Shown here: piece by piece, positions 55,955 through 64,000 of the stretch | How positions within the stretch are numbered: position 1 is the stretch's first letter | Layout: every line of letters begins with the position of its first letter | From: Octopus vulgaris | Lineage: Eukaryota | DNA length: 64,000 bases | Reading direction: 5' to 3' | Assembly (NCBI GenBank): GCA_951406725.2 | Contig: OX597820.1 | Span: 53,382,001 to 53,446,000, forward strand | Made by a program: the position numbers and the translations under genes | Notes under the pieces: model-generated | The model's input: the letters and a program-made list of their open reading frames with translations, nothing else | What the model was told of the DNA's origin: nothing | Databases searched by the model: none

Positions 55955-56155
55955 CGGGAAGCTTTATGAAAATAAACAAAAGACGGAGGCAGGTGGAATA
56001 CAAACCAACAATTGTATTAGTATGGCGCTCAGGAATATAAATAAAACAAGTCTTTTACGTTTCGAGCCTACGCTCTTCAACAGAAAGATACACAGAAAAG
56101 AAACACAGAAAGAAACAAGGAGAGAAAAAAAATGCGTGCAGAGGCTAGCGAATCA
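55953..56155 (-). mobile_element. PLE-type pLTR fragment with a hammerhead variant
   Basis: Minus strand TCTTT-CTGTTGA-A-GAGC-GTAG-GCTC-GAAA-CG-TA-AAAGA (56051-56088). Confidence 0.7.
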
Positions 56156-57331
56156 ACACACTCATACACATGCATACCACACACACATACACACACATAT
56201 ATATACATACATATTTAGATGTACCATTCGTCAAACGCACCTGTTGGAAGTATATTGCTTGAAAAACCGATTAATCGAAGCACAACTGGAAAAATATGCA
56301 GAATTTTTCAAAGGAATATGTGAAAAAAAAAAAAAGAAGAATTAGAAAAAGCAAACTAATCATTTCCGGTATCAACATGTTTTGGAGACAGAGTCAGTCA
56401 ATGGAAACTACTCAAGAGCTTGAATGATAGCTTGCTATATTGACACCGAAAGATGAAGAGCAAGGCTGACCTCCAGACATAAAAGGCCAATACAACAACC
56501 TCAAGGAATTTTTGTCTAGCGTTCTATTTTGTGAATTCTTCGAATTATTGATATTTGATCTATTGATCATTTATAAAAAATATATATAGCCTGAAAATGA
56601 ATATGTTGCCTTTAAAAATTAATTTTATCTTTTCATTAGAAAATGTAGAATGTCGCCCAAAAAAATAGTTGCCATTATATATTTCAATGTTTCTTTCTTT
56701 TTCTGTAAGTGTCTTTTCGTTATATTTAAAGCAGTTTAATAATTTTGATCAGTTTCCCTTACAAGCAATATGTTTTCGGGCAATACGCTTTCCACTAATA
56801 TGCTTCCACACACGCGCCATTTACGTATATTCCTATATACATGCGCACATACATAAAATTGAGCTTTTCATGACGATCCCAAAAATCAAAACTTGTCATA
56901 TCGTCTATACTTTGTGATTGATCTCTGGAGTGCTTCAGAGCATATCAGAAAGAAATGATAGCTCATGCTGACCAAAGCAACATGCACGATCATATTGAGC
57001 CGAGTGTGTACGAATGTATGTGCGAATGAGTGTGTACTAGTGGCTCTGGGCGTGTTTTATATTCTGTGTAATGGTGATGAGTGTAATAAGTGTACAAATA
57101 TTTGTGTGTCTGTATAGGTATGTATATGTAAATATCTCTCACTATATATAGAATTATTAAAGTGGCTAGACACAATTTAAACCCAAAGCTACAAGTAAAA
57201 TCGTCACTAAAAGCAACTAAGGGTGCAAGTGAGCACAAGCCGGCTGATCTGACGCCCTCACTTACTCTGGAGGGGGTATCTCCCTTGTCACTGAATAGAA
57301 AGTGCTTTATTGAAAAAGAAATATATATGCT

Positions 57332-57367
<36 letters not shown>

Positions 57368-57402
57368 ATACACACACACACATATATATATGTGTGCGCA
57401 TA

Positions 57403-57704
57403 CAATAATAATAAAGGGTAAAATTAATTAATCAATTAATAACTAATAATTTTACCAAGTAGTTCGGTATATTAAAAGAACCATTATAGGTAAACTTATA
57501 CAAAGATTCTATAATTATGGCCATAATTATAATTAGGGTTCAGCAAAATGTGCTTCACCACATACCGAAATTTAGAAATAGCAGTTAAAATCTCCTAGAC
57601 GATAGTAGAATAGTATTTTAACTGCTATTTCTAAATTTCGGTATGTGGTGAAGCAAATTTTGCTGAACCCTAATTATAATTATGCTAAAAATTATAGAAT
57701 TTTC

Positions 57705-57705
<1 letters not shown>
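57403..57705. mobile_element. Asymmetric fold-back element next to a TA tract (related fragment at ~51890-51990)
   Basis: 57506-57591 is the reverse complement of 57615-57700, with an extension at 57403-57505. ACCACATACCGAAA is shared with 51929. Confidence 0.8.
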
Positions 57706-57783
<78 letters not shown>

Positions 57784-58403
57784 TGTATGTATGTATACAT
57801 ATGTGTGTTTACGTGTAGGTTTTTCCTCTCATTCGAGTGTCATGATATGATATGTTTGTTTGAATCTGATCTAGCAATCACAACATTATCATTATGTCCT
57901 ATACACCCCTGTTGAACCCTATTGATTGCTGATCGAGCAAATGCATAGTAGCATGATAAGTACTTGGCGTGTTATCTGTTGTATGCACGCGTTTTTGATT
58001 TCGAGATTGTACATTTATGAGCTTTGCAAGCGTTCAAATATCTATAATGCAACTCATTAGCGGACATGATCAATAGAATATCAAATACATTAGTAAAATA
58101 TACATTGAGTGCCTTATGATTCAACATGATTCAACGGAGGAGGAAAGCATACATTTGTTTCCACAAGGTAGAGAAACCACCCTGTGGTTCATAAGGCGGT
58201 AAGTTGGAAGATATGTTAACGGATCTGAATAGAAATTGTATTGTGTAGGTACAAGCTAAGACCAACGCACATATTAATGTGTGTTCGATTTTTTCTCTTG
58301 TCTCTCGTCATTGTAGTGATATAATTATGACAAGAGTGAGTATAGCAAAGAGGTTGTAAGTTGAGAGTACGATGCATTTATGCTATATACACACACGCAC
58401 ACG

Positions 58404-58444
<41 letters not shown>

Positions 58445-58774
58445 GTATATGAATATATATACATCTCACCTTTGTTTTCCCACTCTCACCTCCCCCACAT
58501 TCTAACACCACCACACCGAACACCACCATACCACACAACACCACATCACATCACACCACCACGCACACACTAGCATTGACCACTTCCCAGCCCCACACCA
58601 TCATCCACACACCTACACATACAAACACGCACACGTCAAGGTCACCAGCTGTCTTCCAGTTGCACATACATGCTCTCTTATACACACGCATGCGCACCTT
58701 CGTTTTGGGATCACCACTACTTTATTATTTCCCCTTCTTCCTAGCTCTCCTGTGTGACCCCTCATCAGTCCGGC

Positions 58775-58972
58775 ATTCGCCATGATAGATCACAAGCCAC
58801 TACGCATTCTTTATTTTCTCTCCTTGTTTCTTCCTGTGTTCCTTTCTGTGGAAGAGCGTAGGCTCGAAACGTTAAAGATGTTTTCACTTCCCGAGCGTTA
58901 AACTAATACATCTGTTTGTTGTCTACATCACCTGTCTTTGTCTTCTGTCTTTTCTTTTGGTGAATTCTCCCT
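58775..58972 (+). mobile_element. PLE-type pLTR fragment with a hammerhead variant, ending at (TA)n
   Basis: CTTT-CTGTGGA-A-GAGC-GTAG-GCTC-GAAA-CG-TT-AAAG (58842-58877). It is the reverse-complement homologue of the 16187 and 55953 elements. Confidence 0.7.
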
Positions 58973-59512
58973 ACATATATATATATATATATATATACAG
59001 ACACACGCAGAGGTGCAGATAAATATGATAAGGCTTGATGTGTAAAAATAAACACACACACACACACACACACATGTACACACATGCATAAATAGAACCT
59101 ACAAATGCAGGCCTTGATTTGTAGATTTTCTGGTGACAAGATGACCGTTATATGCCCACTGTGCCCACATACCAAAGCCATGTACACAACGCTTGACACA
59201 AGACTAACCCAATGATATAGAAGTGTAAGTCTAGTGTACGTAGCAGTTTTAACTTAAAGAAAAGTTACCGTAATACATTTGTTGAGTTACACTTTCACTG
59301 TGAAGCTTCAAATGTCACCGCCTCACATTGGCTTCTGACATCCAGAGCAGGAAACCCCGGACTGACCATTATTGATACCCTAAACGACTGACACGAGATT
59401 AAGAAACTGAAGGTAGAAATATCCACAATATTTACTCTTTAACATATTAGTTCACGTTCTCTGAGGAGTAAAATTGCGCTAACCCTACACTTGCACATAC
59501 ACATGTTTGTGT

Positions 59513-59586
<74 letters not shown>

Positions 59587-59591
59587 ATGTG

Positions 59592-59624
<33 letters not shown>

Positions 59625-60054
59625 GTGTGTGTACGCGTTGAATCCTAGGCATTTCTTACCAGGAATAACACAGTGTGAGATAAAAAGGCGACGGGAAGTG
59701 CAGGCGTGGAAAGTTTACAGAATATAGTGATTACGCAGTGGATACGCTTTACTAGCCATGTGCTTCGATTATCGTAGGAGCGACATGCTATCATCGAGAT
59801 GGAGTGGACGCCGGGAGGAGGAAAGAGAACAAGAGGAACACGAAGGAAGATGTGGCGCAGTGCGTTCCGGGCGACAAAATAGCGTTGGGAATTTTCACTC
59901 TTGTTGAACCAGGAGGGAGGCTAGCATTGGGGGTGTTCGGAGAAGGATCGTTGCCCTTTGTGCTAGAGAGCACTGAAAGATCTAACAGCTAAGAGATATA
60001 TACATACACACATACACACATACACACATGCATTCATACATAAATACATACGTA

Positions 60055-60101
<47 letters not shown>

Positions 60102-60484
60102 GGAGAGAGAGAGAGAGAGAGAGGCAAGAAAATATATATACATGTACATATGTAGGGGGTTTTCATAATTTATATCGACTACTAGCTATTATTCACCCAA
60201 AAGTTATAGGCTACGTTTGGGAACGAATGTGTGAATGGCAGTCCGATGTTTTCGAACACAGTATCTTGTGTGATACGAACAAACCATCCCTGCACCCTGT
60301 AATTTGAAGTACTTCCAATGAATCCAATGAATATAGTGTAGTGTAGGACATAGTGCATTATGTTCTTTAGTCTTCAGTTCGGGATTTTCAAATCTCATGG
60401 TTTTAAGATTAATTTCTATATTGATCCAAAAAAAAGAAATTCTAACTAGGTAATTCAACCGATTTAATTAAATGTGCCAAATCC

Positions 60485-60877
60485 TGCAAGGCCCGAAATT
60501 TTGGGGGAGTGGGGACAGGCGATTAGATCAACCCAAGTACGCTACTGGTATTTAATTTATCGACTCCAGGATGAAAGGTAAATTCGACCTCGGTAGAATT
60601 TGAACTCAAAACGTAAAAACGGGAGAAGACGGCCGCTAAGAATTTAGCCCGGCGTGCTAAAGTTTCTTATTTTTTTGTTTCCCGCGAGGGGCTAAACATA
60701 GAGGGGACAGACAAGGACAGACAAAGGGATTAAGTCGATTGGTACTTAATTTATCGACCCCGAAGGGATAAAAGGCAAAATCGACCTCGGCAGAATTTGA
60801 ACTCAGAACATAAAGACAGACGAAGTACCACTAGGCATTTCGCCCGGAGTGCTAACGTTTTTGTCAGCACGCCGCTT
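60485..60877 (-). mobile_element. Two SINE family B copies in tandem
   Basis: TAATTTATCGACCCCGAAGGGATAAAAGGCAAAATCGACCTCGGCAGAATTTGAACTCAGAAC occurs twice (diverged). Confidence 0.8.
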
Positions 60878-61153
60878 TCCGAAACTTCTAATATTGGGTC
60901 ACCAATGTAAGACTTGGGGATATATGCTCCAGGGCAGCATCAGCGTTAAAGGTTCCATCGTTTATATTTCTGCGTGAGTGACAAAAGGAATATCCGGTAT
61001 GTTGAGTTTACACCTGATAGAAGTTAAAGTCAAATATTTGTAACTCGATACCATAAACGCTCAAAAAGTTAAAAAGTCATTAGACATCAGTGTTCATCAA
61101 GAGCTTCACAAGAATAATAACGATTGAAGGCTATATAAATAAAATAATGATCC

Positions 61154-61226
<73 letters not shown>

Positions 61227-61623
61227 GGAGAGAGAAAGAAAGAGAGAAATAGAGAGACAGAGCGACACATATGCACATAGATAGACACAAACACATATGC
61301 ACACATATATGAATGTGTATGTGGGTGTGCCTGAGTATATGTGTATGTATCAGGTTGTGTGTAATACATTCGAAAATGTACATTTACACGTACATAAATG
61401 TATGTATATATATATATATATAATATATATTATATAATATATGTATATATTTATATATGTATGCATATGTGAGAGTATAAATATATATATACACATACAC
61501 ATTTATATATATGTGTATACATACACTTTTATATCAGTCTCTCTCTCTCTGTATAAAGGCGGTGCTCCAGCATGGCCGCAGTCAAATGACTGCAAGAAGT
61601 TAAAGAGTAAAAGAGTAAAAGAG

Positions 61624-61682
<59 letters not shown>

Positions 61683-62417
61683 CGTGATAGGATGACAGAG
61701 AGAGACTCACATTAATATGTAGACAAATATTTAAAGATCTGAAAAGGATGGCAAGATGAAAAAATTTGTATAATGGAATTCTTTACAGAAGAGGAAATAA
61801 ATTTCATTTAATGGAAGTTTATGTTACCCATAATTCATAATTTTAATTATCAACAGCGGAAGTGAATGCCTCGATGAAAGAAGCAACAGGTCTACTAAGT
61901 GCGCAAGATTTCTTTGTATTTCTTTTGTAAAAAAAAAGACGAAAAAAAACACGAAACAAAAATTATTGGCATACACTTGCGTATACCCACGTATATAATG
62001 TTTGCAAATACACATATATATATACACATACATTCATATATATTCGTGCAGTACTTAAATGCTTGTGCATGTGTGTGTCTGTGTGTGTTTGTGCGTGTGT
62101 GTGTGTAAGAACATATATGCACATTGATGTATAAAAAAAAATGGAAATTTGTAAAGAGAGAGACCAAGAGAAAAATTGAAAGATTCAATGCAATCTTTAA
62201 GATGATATCCCAACATACCGCCTGCCCTCTCAGTCACCTTTATATGTTTATGCATACATACGTACAAACAAACACATCCGAACATCCATTCATACACACA
62301 TGTATGTATATATATACGTATAGATTCTATATGTATATATATATATATATATATAGAAATACAGAATATATACATACATATATATATATACATATACATA
62401 TATATATATACATATAC

Positions 62418-62456
<39 letters not shown>

Positions 62457-62459
62457 TTC

Positions 62460-62498
<39 letters not shown>

Positions 62499-62686
62499 CA
62501 TATACATATATATATATACATATGCATATATATATATATATATATATAAAACATACGCAGGACAAGCGCATATGCACACAACATACGTACATATATATAC
62601 ATACACTACTCGCACACATTGAAGGCCAGTCAGAGACCCACACGCAAGCTCAAAATCAATATGATGCAATGAATTCTATGGTCACA

Positions 62687-62762
<76 letters not shown>

Positions 62763-62902
62763 TATGTGTGTGTTTATGAGAGTGGGTGTGTTCGGGGTGA
62801 TATACTCATTCTAGTCTAGCAATTGTTAGGACTTAAATATTTTCAAGTAGTTTAACTATTAGTCTATTTCAACGTCGTCTACCGTGTAATAAATAAATGA
62901 AC

Positions 62903-63285
62903 ATGTGGTAAGAAGCTTCCTTCCCATCCACACGGTTCCGGGTTCAGTCCCATTGTGTGTCACGTTGGGCAAGTGACTTCTTCTATATCCATGATCTGAC
63001 CAAAGCCTTGCGAGTATATTTGACGGACGGAAACTCAAAGAAACTCGTCCTATAAATATGTGTTTGTGTGTGTGTGTGTGTGTGTGTTTGTGAGTCTGTG
63101 TTTATTCCCGTACCATCGCTTGACAACCGATGTTGGTGTGTTTACCTCCCAGTAACTAAGCGGCTCAGCAAAACATACCGATAGAAAAAGTACTAGGCTT
63201 ACAAAGAATAAGATTTTGCTTCGATTTGTTCGACTAAAGGCGGTGCTCTAGCATGACTGCAGTCAAATGACTGAAAAGAATAAGA

Positions 63286-63287
<2 letters not shown>
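62903..63287 (+). mobile_element. SINE family A copy
   Basis: GTGGTAAGAAGC...GGGTTCAGTCCC...GCAGTCAAATGACTGAAAAGAATAAGAG. Confidence 0.85.
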
Positions 63288-63344
<57 letters not shown>

Positions 63345-63364
63345 CATTTACTTACAAACATTAA

Positions 63365-63775
63365 ACTGTGGCTATGCTGGAGCAATGTCTTGAAGAGTTT
63401 TGAGTCGAAGGTATCAACTCCAGTACTTATTTTCTTAAAGCGTGGCACTTATTCTATTGGTACCTTTCACCGAACCACTAAGTTATGGGGACGTAAACAC
63501 ACCGACACCAGTTGTCAAGCGGGGGCGTGGTGACAAACGCCCCCCCCCCACACACACATATGTGTGTGTGTGTATATATATGTATGTATATATATATATA
63601 TATATGTATATATATTATATATATATATATATGACGATCTTCTCTCAGTTTCCGTCTACCAAATCCACTCACAGGTCTTCGGTAGGCCCAGGGCTATAGT
63701 AGAAGACGCCCAATGACCCACTCAGTGGTACTGAACTCGGAACCATGTGATTAAGAATCAAGCTTCTTACTAGCA
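63365..63775 (-). mobile_element. SINE family A copy, tail-to-tail with the preceding copy
   Basis: GGGGACGTAAACACACCGACACCAGTTGTCAAGCG and TCAGTTTCCGTCTACCAAATCCACTCACA. Confidence 0.8.
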
Positions 63776-63798
63776 GGCACACATGCAAATACACATAC

Positions 63799-63862
<64 letters not shown>

Positions 63863-64000
63863 GTATATGTGTGAATATATATATATGTATATATACTCAT
63901 ATATAATTACTCCACCTCCGCATAGTCGTAGACTGTTTCTTACCTTCCAATTGAAGTACTACTTCACGTGATGACGAATCAGATCGATTCACTATTTATC

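Overview
AT-rich, microsatellite-saturated eukaryotic DNA. The repeat families and microsatellite density suggest an octopus or other cephalopod genome (inference). The only clear host coding sequence is the first coding exon (1234-2918, +) of a heparan sulfate glucosamine 3-O-sulfotransferase of the HS3ST2/3/4/6 type. It has a signal-anchor, a very long stem with a (TCT)n-encoded poly-Ser tract, and the start of the catalytic domain, and it ends at the conserved WYR/GTAAGT donor. I could not find the next exon, so the remaining ~61 kb is most simply one giant intron. That intron contains four tRNA-derived or tRNA-like SINE families, an RTE LINE 3' end, DNA-transposon remnants and an old local duplication. 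The most striking signal is a set of short (120-620 bp) elements from several families inserted into (TA)n tracts. Many carry type I hammerhead ribozyme (HHR) motifs (CUGANGA-stem II-GAAA-short, often palindromic, stem III-GUH) like those of Penelope-like element pLTRs, and several form asymmetric fold-backs. One 200-bp element occurs twice, 40 kb apart and in opposite orientation, with an identical 136-bp spacerless palindrome that encodes a complete HHR on both strands. Intact solitary HHRs are antisense to the host gene, while sense-strand HHRs are either locked in hairpins or mutated in the core. All folds and alignments were done by eye, and most repeat boundaries are approximate.
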